Assembly: GCA_963771045.1 (NCBI GenBank)
Contig: CAVYRW010000004.1
Span: 1,504,001-1,568,000, forward strand
DNA: 64,000 nt
Direction of reading: 5' to 3'
Origin: Waddliaceae bacterium
GTDB lineage: Bacteria > Chlamydiota > Chlamydiia > Chlamydiales > SLFE01
Positions 19,151 through 28,688 of the stretch are shown piece by piece. The stretch's first letter is position 1. Every line of letters starts with the position of its first letter. The translations under genes and the position numbers were made by a program. The notes under the pieces are model-generated. The model was not told the origin of the DNA, did no database searches, and saw only the letters and a program-made list of their open reading frames with translations.

Positions 19151-20805
19151 AATCTTTTTTATGAATCGAAATGTCTTCTATCTGCTGCCCTAAAAAATCA
19201 GAAGTTATCTATCGACCTCGTAAACCTGAGAAAACTGTTCTTTTTGACGTCATAAAAAGACACTACAAGACATGGTACAAAAACTCTGAAAACCCCATTC
19301 CCAAATACATAGACAGAGAGTTCCACAAGTATCTGGAATGCGGCATATTAGCTAATGGATTCGCCTGTGCTCATTGTTCCGACTGCAACAGAGACATGTT
19401 CATTGCTTTTTCCTGTAAAGGACGGGGTATCTGCCCTTCCTGCAACACACGAACAATGGTTGAAACAGCTGCCCACCTTGTTGAAAATGTCATTCCCTCC
19501 ATTCCCATCAGGCAATTTGTGATCAGTTTTCCTATGCGGATTAGGCATTACCTTCAAACTTACAAAATCCTCCAGACCGTTTTAAATATTGTCATAAGTG
19601 AAATTCGAAAGAGGCTTATCATATGCAGTCCGGATATCATAGATCCGCAAATCGGCGTCATTAGCTTCATCCAGTATTTTGGAAAGACACTAAATTTCCA
19701 TCCTCATTTCCATCTTATTGTGGCTGATGGTCTCTTTAGCAAAGATGGCAGCGACCTTCTCTTTCACGAGGCCTCATTGACTCCCGATGACATTGCGGAT
19801 ACCCAGGATTGCATAAAGAAAAGAGTGCTCAGGTATTTTGGGAGGAGGGGCTGGTTTGATAAGCAGACGATAAAGCAAATGCTCTCTAATGAAAACAGCG
19901 GATTTTCTCTCGATGCTAAAGTAAGAGTACCCTCTTGGGACCGTGAAGGGTTAGAGCGACTGATAAGATACTGTGCCCGACCTAGCTTTGCGAGTGAGAA
20001 TTTGCGGTGGAATGGCCCTTGGATTCATTATCGCCTTCCTAAACCCACCCACACCGGAAAAACCTTTGTCCAGATAGAACCCCTGGAATTTATCGAGAGG
20101 ATTTCCCGATTCATTCCATTTCCCCGCCGACATCTTCGTCATTATCATGGAGTTTTTGCACCAAATTCCCCGTTAAGAAAAAAGGTGGCCGCCAGCGCTC
20201 AAAAACGCCCTGTATCCAACATACAAAAAAATTTACATGAGTCTTCGAAAAAAGTTATAAAGGTTTCTTTTGACTGGGCAAAGCTCATAGCACGTATTTA
20301 CAAAACCGATCCTTTGCTTTGTGAATGTGGCAATAAAATTAAAATTACCTCATTTGTCATCCATACAGCTGAAATCAGATGCATATTAAAACAAATAGGC
20401 TGGCTAAACGAAATCCCGAAGTTCGATCCTCCCTACCCTCCCCCTGAAATGAACATCTGCCAACTCCTGCCCTGGACTGAAGATGGTTTTTCCCTGGTAG
20501 AAGATCGCACTGCAGGAGAATGGGGACCAGATCCTCCACCCATAGATCCGCCCCATTGGACAGACAACACCGACCCACCTTTTTGGGAAGATTGAACCAA
20601 ATACGATAATCTCTTCAGAAACGATGTGATACCTTTTGCCTTAATTCACCCCCAAATCAAGACATATCTCTGCCAAATCTGAAAGAAAGCCTCAAATTAA
20701 GGATTTTGCGCTGATTATCGCTCAAAAATAAAGAATTTAATCCCACCTGTCTCGCTATACAGATAGGGATAAGGCCTTAGACATGCTTGTTTTTCCTAAA
20801 CATTA
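19151..20805 (+). mobile_element. IS91/ISCR-like rolling-circle element (5' end abuts IS4; oriIS-like end at about 20785-20805)
   Basis: Y2-type transposase followed by about 210 bp of conserved downstream DNA ending gcttgtttttcctaaacatta, which resembles the ISCR/IS91 oriIS TTCCTATAC. Confidence 0.8.
19171..20595 (+). CDS. IS91-family (HUH/Y2) transposase
   Basis: Zn domain (CSDC, FSCKGRGICPSC), HUH motif NFHPHFHLIV, LERLIRYCARP and RYHGVFAPNS. Confidence 0.9.
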   Translation: MSSICCPKKSEVIYRPRKPEKTVLFDVIKRHYKTWYKNSENPIPKYIDREFHKYLECGILANGFACAHCSDCNRDMFIAFSCKGRGICPSCNTRTMVETAAHLVENVIPSIPIRQFVISFPMRIRHYLQTYKILQTVLNIVISEIRKRLIICSPDIIDPQIGVISFIQYFGKTLNFHPHFHLIVADGLFSKDGSDLLFHEASLTPDDIADTQDCIKKRVLRYFGRRGWFDKQTIKQMLSNENSGFSLDAKVRVPSWDREGLERLIRYCARPSFASENLRWNGPWIHYRLPKPTHTGKTFVQIEPLEFIERISRFIPFPRRHLRHYHGVFAPNSPLRKKVAASAQKRPVSNIQKNLHESSKKVIKVSFDWAKLIARIYKTDPLLCECGNKIKITSFVIHTAEIRCILKQIGWLNEIPKFDPPYPPPEMNICQLLPWTEDGFSLVEDRTAGEWGPDPPPIDPPHWTDNTDPPFWED

Positions 20806-21128
20806 GCATTGACTGTAGGCAGTGTACTAAAAGATTTTTTCTTGTATTCTTCTGTGGGCAATCTTTTAAAAAAATCCAAAAGTCTGGGGGGAAATCGGGA
20901 AACAGATTTCGCAAATTTCGCGGGGAAGCGGTTGAGAAAAAATTCAGTTTAAAAGGGCCCTTGTCATGGGTGTTGTTAAAATCGGGAAAGCATCTTCTTA
21001 AATTCCACATGATTCTTTGAAAACATGTTAAAAAAGGGCGGTCTCTTTTAACAGCCGGACCTCTAATTTTTCTCTAGTGCTCAAAGAGAGGCAAACCGTG
21101 AACCTCCTGAAAATATGATGCGCAATCT

Positions 21129-21911
21129 TCAGAAATAATATCCTAGTCGTATCATAATCTCATTGCTATAGGCGCTAAATGAATTTTCAATTTGAAAAGA
21201 GGATCCGGGCTCGTTGACCCCATCCACCGATACAGGGGAGGAGACTCCCTGAACCCTTGGATTCATATAATTGGTATGGCTGTATTCGAGACCAAAACTG
21301 ATACATCTCGTTAGGAGTATTTCGGTACCTAACCCTAATAAGAGCCCTGTCCTGTAACCAACTTCATGAGAATGCAGATCACTGGAAACTTCAACTCCCA
21401 TGGCTTGAAAGTAGCTTGACGCAAAATCAAAGGAGAAACGCCCCCATCGAGGTCCAATCAATCCATAAACTAAAGCCCTGTTGCAAATGAGTCTGCCAAA
21501 CTTAAACATGAGCGCGAACTGATTAGTTAGCTTTATATTTGCCTCGACGGGCAGTAGAAGGTTCGTATTCAACTCAGTGACCATGCCATGAAATTTCATG
21601 TTACCGTCCCCGAAAGCAGCATCGCCGGCGAGGCCGAAAAGATAGCACTGCCGGAAAGCCATATTGTATCCGGCCCTGACCCCTCCTATGATATAATTGG
21701 TTGTCATCCTGCGACGAACTGTGAATTCTAAATTTTGCAGATCCGGAGTGATTAGATTTAACACCCCTATTGTCCCCAAGTTCGGCAACTCAACTCCAAC
21801 CCCTCCGCTAACATTAAATCCGCAAAAGGGAGCTTTGTGTTGAGAATAAGCCTCACCGAAAGTAGGCAGCAGCGAACTCAAACCAATCATTGAGAAGATA
21901 AGTCTTCTCAT
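21129..21911 (-). CDS. Outer-membrane beta-barrel protein (OmpA/Omp25-like 8-stranded family), paralogue 1
   Basis: Signal-like start MRRLIFSMIG, alternating amphipathic strands, GLLLGLGTE...GLEY, C-terminal RLGYYF. Start could be further upstream (ORF extends to 22025). Confidence 0.8.
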   Translation of the reverse strand: MRRLIFSMIGLSSLLPTFGEAYSQHKAPFCGFNVSGGVGVELPNLGTIGVLNLITPDLQNLEFTVRRRMTTNYIIGGVRAGYNMAFRQCYLFGLAGDAAFGDGNMKFHGMVTELNTNLLLPVEANIKLTNQFALMFKFGRLICNRALVYGLIGPRWGRFSFDFASSYFQAMGVEVSSDLHSHEVGYRTGLLLGLGTEILLTRCISFGLEYSHTNYMNPRVQGVSSPVSVDGVNEPGSSFQIENSFSAYSNEIMIRLGYYF

Positions 21912-22107
21912 AAACCAAACTGTCCCAACTGTTTTTTTCTTTTCCAAGACAGCTGCCATATAGTTAAAAACAAATTTTATAATTTTATACACACCGGACT
22001 CCTTGTTAATTTTCGTTGTTCTCAAGGCCTGTGGACCCGGAAGCAGCGGAGAAATTCAATAGTGACGGAGAATCCCCTTGGCCCAAGGCCGGTCTCTGCC
22101 ACAAATT

Positions 22108-23004
22108 TTAGTAATAATATCCTAATCGTATCATGATCTCGTTGCTTCGGGCGCTAAATGAATTCAAGAGTTCGAATGTGGAGCCTGGAAGCTCAACGCC
22201 ATCCTGTGATATGGCGGCGGCCGCTCCAGGGATCCCGGGGTTCATATAATTGGTATTTGTGTACTCGAGCGCAAGACTGATACATTTGGTGAGCATAAAT
22301 TCTGTTCCGAGACCCAGCAAAAGCCCCATTCTATAAGCGTCATCACTCGTTTGGAGGTCAGCTGAAAGGATTACCCCCACATTCTGACTGTAGCTTGCGT
22401 CGGTATTGAAGGACATACGCCCCCATCGAGGCCCAATCAATCCATAAATTAACGTCCTGTCGCAAACGAGACCGCCAAACTTAAACAAAAGCGCGAATTG
22501 ATTGGATAGCTTAATCGCAGTATTTGTGGGAATACCTAAACTTGAGCCTGGCTCGAATACCAAGCCCTCAAATCTCATGAGGCTGTCCCCAAAAGTCGCA
22601 TCTCCGGCAATGCCAATCAGATAGCATCGTTTAAAAACATTACTATAACCTACCCTGACTCCTCCGGCGAAAGTATTGGTTGTCATCCGGTGGTTTACAC
22701 CTAATTCTGTCTCTAGAATAGCAGGAACTGCAATATGCAGGGTGGCTTTGGTCCAATAATTTGGCATCTCGACACCGATGCCACCGCTAATATTGAAGCC
22801 GCAAAAGGGGGCGTTTGAATGAAGAGATGCGGCCGCAAAGGCGGGCGCTAAGAAACTCAAACCGATCATGGCGGCACAAATGGGTTTCAAGGATAGCCTT
22901 ATTCTAAGTTTCTTACTCTCTCTAGCAGTCTCTTTTAAAAGCGTAAAGAGCCATATTAGATTTGTACGCATATTGCCTTCCCGGTAAACATTTATCCCTT
23001 CCAA
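22108..23004 (-). CDS. Outer-membrane beta-barrel protein, paralogue 2
   Basis: Clearly homologous to 21129-21911 (APFCGFN.SGG, NQFAL.FKFG, YGLIGPRWGR, NEIMIRLGYY). Start uncertain. Confidence 0.8.
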   Translation of the reverse strand: MEGINVYREGNMRTNLIWLFTLLKETARESKKLRIRLSLKPICAAMIGLSFLAPAFAAASLHSNAPFCGFNISGGIGVEMPNYWTKATLHIAVPAILETELGVNHRMTTNTFAGGVRVGYSNVFKRCYLIGIAGDATFGDSLMRFEGLVFEPGSSLGIPTNTAIKLSNQFALLFKFGGLVCDRTLIYGLIGPRWGRMSFNTDASYSQNVGVILSADLQTSDDAYRMGLLLGLGTEFMLTKCISLALEYTNTNYMNPGIPGAAAAISQDGVELPGSTFELLNSFSARSNEIMIRLGYYY

Positions 23005-23113
23005 GCTTATACTCTGGCAAAACAGATGTTTCTATATATAAACTGGCATCAATTTAAAATCAATTTTTAATGGACCCAAGATCCGACTTGAAAATCCTTC
23101 CAACGATTACCGC

Positions 23114-23261
23114 ATCAACTTTGTATTGGTGAGTGAAACGATGAGTTTTTTGTGACTGCCGAAGCTCAGGAGATCGAAGGAAACTTAGCCAAGTTTCAGA
23201 GATCGAACTGAGTGGCGGTTACGCGAAAAGATCGAGTCTCACCCATCAATACAATGTTCAT
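23114..23261 (+). repeat. Long imperfect palindrome / hairpin (candidate structured RNA or palindromic repeat element)
   Basis: Nested pairings ttgtattggtgagtga/tcacccatcaatacaa, gtgactgcc/ggcggttac, ctcag/ctgag and gaaactt/aagtttc. Several G-U pairs on the + strand. Confidence 0.7.
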
Positions 23262-23375
23262 CCTCTTCGAGGAAACCCCTCCCTTAAGGGAGGGGTATTT
23301 CAAATCCTTTGTTTTGGGAGGGGTTCAAGCCCCTCCCAAAGAAATACATTCCTCGCCCTTAAGGGCGAGGTTGAC
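23262..23375 (-). mobile_element. Non-autonomous IS200/IS605-type miniature element (PATE-like, IscB/IsrB-type ends)
   Basis: Minus strand reads GTCAAC-ctcgcccttaagggcgag ... atacccctcccttaagggaggggtttcctc. Two related subterminal hairpins plus a central hairpin. No TSD. Confidence 0.6.
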
Positions 23376-23575
23376 AGGATCTTAGCCATCTGCCGCTTGT
23401 TGCGGGCAGTTTTGTCGACCGCCCCCCTGCAAATCGAAGGCTTTCAAGAATGCTTTGTCCGCAGGCTCTCCGGACCATATTTTACGACCCATATTTCTGG
23501 ATAACAGTTGTTTAAGAACGATTGACAATTACCCGGCCTTTTGTCTTTATGAAGTTGAAGACAAGGAGGTCTTTT

Positions 23576-23959
23576 ATGGTGAGCAAATCTAACAATCTGA
23601 TAATAAACCAGTTATTCTCCGGTTTTGATTTTCAGAAGACAATCGACCTGATCCCCGGCTCTGTTTTCATCAAAGACAAAGAGGGGGTGATTCTTGCCGC
23701 AAACAGCCGGTTAAAGAAAGACGCGAAAGTAGATCCTGTCGGGAAGACCGATTTTGATCTGCCCTGGAAAGAACAAGCTGAAATGTGCATAGAAAATGAC
23801 AAAAAAGTCATGAGCAGCAAACAACAGATGGTTTTCGTCGAGAAAGTCCATCTGAGCGAAGGGACAAAGACATTCATTTCAGTCAAAGCGCCTCTTTTCG
23901 ATGACAATGGGGCTGTCATAGGAATTATCGGACACGCGACAGAAGCCACAGGCGTTTGA
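23576..23959 (+). CDS. Stand-alone PAS domain protein (PAS_4-like)
   Basis: AGGAGG RBS before ATG 23576. IDLIPGSVFIKDKEG..LAAN, GKTDFDLPW, ENDKKV and KAPLFDDNGAVIGIIG motifs. Confidence 0.85.
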   Translation: MVSKSNNLIINQLFSGFDFQKTIDLIPGSVFIKDKEGVILAANSRLKKDAKVDPVGKTDFDLPWKEQAEMCIENDKKVMSSKQQMVFVEKVHLSEGTKTFISVKAPLFDDNGAVIGIIGHATEATGV

Positions 23960-23993
23960 TTTCAATCGTTATTTCTGACTATAAGGGGGTGGT

Positions 23994-24722
23994 ATGTACA
24001 CCCCCGAAAATTCTCACATCATCATCCACTATTTCCCCCAGCTTCTGGGAATCATTTACCTCTTTTTGTTTTGGCCCTTTTTGTTTCAGATGAAAGGGCT
24101 GTTCGGGGAAAACGGCATACTCCCGATTTCCCTCTATCTGGAACACATCAGAAGCCGGGTCGGCAGGAAATCCTATTACTACCTCCCCACGCTGTTTTGG
24201 CTTGGCTCTAGCGAAACGGCCGTTATGGCCCTCCCTATCGCGGGAACCATCCTCTCAATCCTCCTCATCTGCGGCGTCTATCCCGTCATCCTCCTCCCGA
24301 TCCTGATCATTCTTCATCTCTCCTTGACAACCGCAGGACAGGAATTTTTGAGCTTTGGCTGGGAATCGTTTTTCCTCGAGATCAGCTTCTACACCTTTTT
24401 GCTCATCCTCACCCCCTCGCCCAATCTCACGATCTGGTGGTGCTTGAGCCTGCTCCTTTTCCGCTTTCATTTCGAGGGGGGGATCAGCAAGCTTCTCACA
24501 CGCGATGTCAACTGGCGAAACCTCACCGCACTCGACTACCACTACTTCACTCAGCCGCTTCCCAACACTCAAGCCTGGTTTTTCCACAAGCTCCCCATGT
24601 GGCTTCAAAAGTTTTCCTGCCTGATGATGTTCATCATTGAAATCATAGTCCCCTTATGTATAGGAAGATCAAGCATGTCTAAGCTCTTATACCCGTTTGG
24701 ATGGTCAGACGGGCGGGCTTAA
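23994..24722 (+). pseudogene. Lipase maturation factor (LMF1) family protein, 3'-truncated by an IS91-like element at about 24654
   Basis: GLFGENGILP, PTLFW, GQEFLSFGWE, LLFRFHF..G..KL, WRNLTALDYHYFTQPLP motifs. IS91-end homology starts after IEIIVPL. Confidence 0.85.
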
Positions 24723-25210
24723 ATTCCTTTATTATTGAGCGATAAACAGTCAATTTTCTTCAAATTCGTGTTTTTTTCCTGATTTGTTAGAGATACGTCA
24801 TGATTTTGGGAGAAATTAGAGCAAAAGGTATCACTTCGCTTCTGAAGCGATTATCGTATTTGGTTCAATCTTCCCAAAAAGGTGGGTCGATGTTGTCTGT
24901 CCAATGGGGCGGATCTATGTTTGGAGGATCCGGGCCCCATTCTCCCAGAGTGCGATCTTCTACCTGGGAAAACCCATCCTCAGTCCATGGTAGAAGTTGG
25001 CAGATGTTTATTTCAGGGGGAGGGTAGGGTGGATCGAACTTCTGGATCTCGCTCGGCCAACCTATTCGTTTTAATATGCGCCTGATTTCAGCTGTATGGA
25101 TGACAAATGAAGAAATTTTAATCTTTTTTCCGCATTGACAGAGCAATGGATCGGTTTTATAAATACGTGCGATGAGCTTAGCCCAGTCGAATGAGACCTT
25201 TATAACCTTC
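24654..25210 (-). mobile_element. Diverged IS91-like element, 3' part with oriIS-like end
   Basis: Encodes the transposase C-terminus (...DPPFWED) with substitutions relative to 19171-20595. Ends gcttgatcttcctatacat on the minus strand. Confidence 0.85.
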
Positions 25211-26014
25211 TTGCGGTGGAATGGCCCTTGGATTCATTATCGCCTTCCTAAACCCACCCACACCGGAAAAACCTTTGTCCAGATAGAACCCCTGGAATTT
25301 ATCGAGAGGATTTCCCGATTCATTCCATTTCCCCGCCGACATCTTCGTCATTATCATGGAGTTTTTGCACCAAATTCCCCGTTAAGAAAAAAGGTGGCCG
25401 CCAGCGCTCAAAAACGCCCTGTATCCAACATACAAAAAAATTTACATGAGTCTTCGAAAAAAGTTATAAAGGTTTCTTTTGACTGGGCAAAGCTCATAGC
25501 ACGTATTTACAAAACCGATCCTTTGCTTTGTGAATGTGGCAATAAAATTAAAATTACCTCATTTGTCATCCATACAGCTGAAATCAGATGCATATTAAAA
25601 CAAATAGGCTGGCTAAACGAAATCCCGAAGTTCGATCCTCCCTACCCTCCCCCTGAAATGAACATCTGCCAACTCCTGCCCTGGACTGAAGATGGTTTTT
25701 CCCTGGTAGAAGATCGCACTGCAGGAGAATGGGGACCAGATCCTCCACCCATAGATCCGCCCCATTGGACAGACAACACCGACCCACCTTTTTGGGAAGA
25801 TTGAACCAAATACGATAATCTCTTCAGAAACGATGTGATACCTTTTGCCTTAATTCACCCCCAAATCAAGACATATCTCTGCCAAATCTGAAAGAAAGCC
25901 TCAAATTAAGGATTTTGCGCTGATTATCGCTCAAAAATAAAGAATTTAATCCCACCTGTCTCGCTATACAGATAGGGATAAGGCCTTAGACATGCTTGTT
26001 TTTCCTAAACATTA
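25211..26014 (+). mobile_element. IS91-like element, 3' 804 bp, apparently identical to 20002-20805
   Basis: Constant offset of 5209 to copy 1 (stop codon 20595 vs 25804). Begins mid-gene at ttgcggtggaatgg. Confidence 0.9.
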
Positions 26015-26034
26015 ATTTTTTGTCCAGTACAGAG
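26014..26034. mobile_element. Orphan IS4 terminal inverted repeat
   Basis: aattttttgtccagtacagag is the reverse complement of 17442-17462. Confidence 0.75.
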
Positions 26035-26150
26035 AAAGAAGTCAAAGCCAGCGAAATCTTTCAAGAACGAAATCTTTCAAAACAAGCCTGCTGAAAAGGA
26101 GCCAATCATTTATTATCGGTAAAATTTTTAAAAAAAGAGTGGAATAATCC

Positions 26151-28664
26151 TCAATTGTGTTGAAAGAGAAGCATCTGATGTTCGGCAGCCGCCCGTTTCT
26201 GTTTTGGCGGCTTTTTCTTTGCCTGCGTGGGTTCGAACGCGCTTTTTCGATTGGCGTTTTCTTCCAAATGCTCGAGGATGTCTTTGGCTCGGCCAAGAAC
26301 CCAGGTTGGCATGCCGGCCAATTTGGCGACGTGGATCCCGTAGCTTTTATCGGTTCCGCCTTTTACGATTTTGTGAAGAAAGATAATGTGGTCCTCGCAC
26401 TCTTCAACCGAGACGTTGTAATTGACCGCTCCGGAAATGCGCTGCTCAAGCTTGGTCAGCTCCCAATAATGCGTTGCGAATAGGGTTTTGGCTCTTTTTC
26501 CTTCGGCGGTGAGGAGATATTCGGCGACAGACCAGGCAATCGATATGCCGTCGTAGGTGCTCGTTCCCCGTCCGATTTCATCCAGGATAACAAGTGAGCG
26601 ATCCGTGGCATTGTTCAAAATATTGGCCGTTTCGGTCATCTCCACCATGAAGGTCGACTGCCCGCGGGACAGGTCGTCGCTCGCTCCAATTCTAGTAAAG
26701 ACTTTATCAACGATCCCAAGAGACGCGCTAGCGGCCGGTACAAACGACCCCATCTGAGCCATAATTGAAATGAGCGCAACTTGCCTGATGTAAGTGGACT
26801 TGCCGGCCATATTGGGGCCTGTAATCAGAAGGAGACGCTCCTCGTTGCTTAAAAGTGTGTCGTTCGGAACAAACCGATCTGTTGTGCCTGACTTTTCAAT
26901 GACAGGGTGGCGGCCGTCGGAAATCTCGATGCAGTCTTCTCCGTGGACCTTCGGCCTGCAGTAGTTGTTTCCTTCAGCCGCTTCCGCAAGGCTCCTCAAA
27001 GTGTCCACTAGAGCAATATTTTTGGCCATAGCCACAACCTGCCGGGAATATCGGGCAACATCCTTCTTGATCGAATTAAAGAGTTCAATTTCGATTCCCC
27101 CGATTTTTTCTTCCGCTGTCAGAACTTTGTTTTCGTACTGTTTGAGTTCAGGGCTGATGTAGCGCTCGGAGTTAACTAAAGTCTGCCGGCGGTGAAATGA
27201 CGAAGACATCTTTTCTGTCTGCCCTTTGCTCACCTCGATGTAATAGCCGAACATGCGGTTGTAGCCCACTTTCAATGTTTTGATTCCGAACTGCTCCCTT
27301 AAATGGGTCTGATAACAGGCGATCCAGTCCTTACTGTCTTTACTGATTTTTCTCAGTTCGTCGAGTTCGGCATGGTACCCGTCTCGTATAATGTTGCCGT
27401 CGGAGACGCGGACCGGAGGCTCGTCTTTAATCGCGCGGGCAATCAAGCTTGTCACATCTGTCAACGGATCAAGGTGCTTTGCCGCTTCCGCAAGAAGCTC
27501 TCCCTTGGCTTTTCCGCATAGGGCTTTTAGCTCGGGGACCGTTTCTAAAGAACTGCGAAGAGCTGCAAGATCTCTCGGAGACGCTGAGTTGCTTGTAATT
27601 CTTGCCATCAGCCTTTCAATATCCCGCACATATTTGAGCTTATCTGCAATCTCCCTCATCCAAAGAGGGGCCCGATAAAACTCCTCGACCGCATCTTGCC
27701 GGGCCTCAATCTCGTTTGCAGACAGTAAAGGCTGCTTGACCCAATGCCTGAGCATGCGTCCTCCCATGGGAGTGCATGTTTTGTCGAGAACGTGCAAAAG
27801 GGTATTTTTTCGGACATTATTGTGCAAAGGCTCTGTCAGCTCCAAATTTCGCTGGGTCATGGAATCCAGGACCATAAACTGAGACGTCGAGTAAGTCGCA
27901 ATGTCTTGAATGTGGTCGATATTGTGAAGAAGCGTGTCCTTAAGATAGCTTAGCAAAGCCCCGGCAGCGTTGATGCCGGCCACCTTCCCTTTCAATCCGA
28001 AACCATCGAGATTCTGAACGTGAAAATGATTGACCAGCGTTCCGCAGCTCAGTTTGTGATCAAAACGCCACTCCTCCTGAACTGTCAGAAGAAACTTATA
28101 GGAGAGCTTGAGCTGTTCGATAAATTTAACGTGTTTTTGCCGAAACTTTTGCGAAGAAAGAAATTCGGCAGGACGGAGACGGTAGATTTCATTGAACAGG
28201 TCAACTTCGTCTTCAAACTCTGAGGCATAAAATTCTCCGGTTGTCAGATCGGCATAGGCAAGTCCCAGGATAGATCCAACCTGTGCGATTGAAGCGAAAA
28301 AGTTGTTGGCATTCTCCTGAATCAGAGACGAGTTAACAATGGTGCCCGGCGTCACAACCCTGACAATTTCCCGTTTAACCAAGCCGCTGGCTTTTGCAGG
28401 ATCTTCGGTCTGTTCCGCAATGGCGACGCAGTATCCCTTGGCGACAAGGCGTTCGATATAGGTTTCGCACGTATGCAAAGGAACCCCTGCCATCGGGATT
28501 TCCTGCCGCTTTGTCAATGTCAGATCAAGCACCTCGGAAATCTTGACAGCATCGTCATAAAAAGCTTCATAGAAATCGCCCATCTGAAAGAGAAGCAAAG
28601 CCTCTTTTGCCTGTTCTTTGCAGGCATTCCATTGCTGCATCATGGGGGTCGTTTTCGTGCTCAT
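26151..28664 (-). CDS. mutS: DNA mismatch repair protein MutS
   Basis: TPMMQQ, FQMGDFYEAF, ITGPNMAGKSTY, STFMVEM, LDEIGRGTST, FATHY and SYGIHVA motifs. Confidence 0.98.
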   Translation of the reverse strand: MSTKTTPMMQQWNACKEQAKEALLLFQMGDFYEAFYDDAVKISEVLDLTLTKRQEIPMAGVPLHTCETYIERLVAKGYCVAIAEQTEDPAKASGLVKREIVRVVTPGTIVNSSLIQENANNFFASIAQVGSILGLAYADLTTGEFYASEFEDEVDLFNEIYRLRPAEFLSSQKFRQKHVKFIEQLKLSYKFLLTVQEEWRFDHKLSCGTLVNHFHVQNLDGFGLKGKVAGINAAGALLSYLKDTLLHNIDHIQDIATYSTSQFMVLDSMTQRNLELTEPLHNNVRKNTLLHVLDKTCTPMGGRMLRHWVKQPLLSANEIEARQDAVEEFYRAPLWMREIADKLKYVRDIERLMARITSNSASPRDLAALRSSLETVPELKALCGKAKGELLAEAAKHLDPLTDVTSLIARAIKDEPPVRVSDGNIIRDGYHAELDELRKISKDSKDWIACYQTHLREQFGIKTLKVGYNRMFGYYIEVSKGQTEKMSSSFHRRQTLVNSERYISPELKQYENKVLTAEEKIGGIEIELFNSIKKDVARYSRQVVAMAKNIALVDTLRSLAEAAEGNNYCRPKVHGEDCIEISDGRHPVIEKSGTTDRFVPNDTLLSNEERLLLITGPNMAGKSTYIRQVALISIMAQMGSFVPAASASLGIVDKVFTRIGASDDLSRGQSTFMVEMTETANILNNATDRSLVILDEIGRGTSTYDGISIAWSVAEYLLTAEGKRAKTLFATHYWELTKLEQRISGAVNYNVSVEECEDHIIFLHKIVKGGTDKSYGIHVAKLAGMPTWVLGRAKDILEHLEENANRKSAFEPTQAKKKPPKQKRAAAEHQMLLFQHN

Positions 28665-28688
28665 ACCGCAAAAACTTTAACATCAATT

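Noticed and set aside
22026..22107. Possible structured RNA between the OMP paralogues
   Set aside because: Only short pairings (tgtgg/ccaca, ccttgg/ccaagg) in GC-rich sequence, not distinguishable from chance by eye.
25172..25804. 210-aa ORF as an independent gene
   Set aside because: A chimera across the head-to-head junction of two IS91 fragments. Its start derives from the antisense strand of the diverged copy.
17442..26034. IS4 composite transposon bounded by the TIRs at 17442 and 26034
   Set aside because: The flanks (gacaaaacc vs aaagaagtc) do not form a target duplication.
26052..26080. 13-bp direct repeat cgaaatctttcaa twice
   Set aside because: Only two copies, 16 bp apart. Too little to assign a function.
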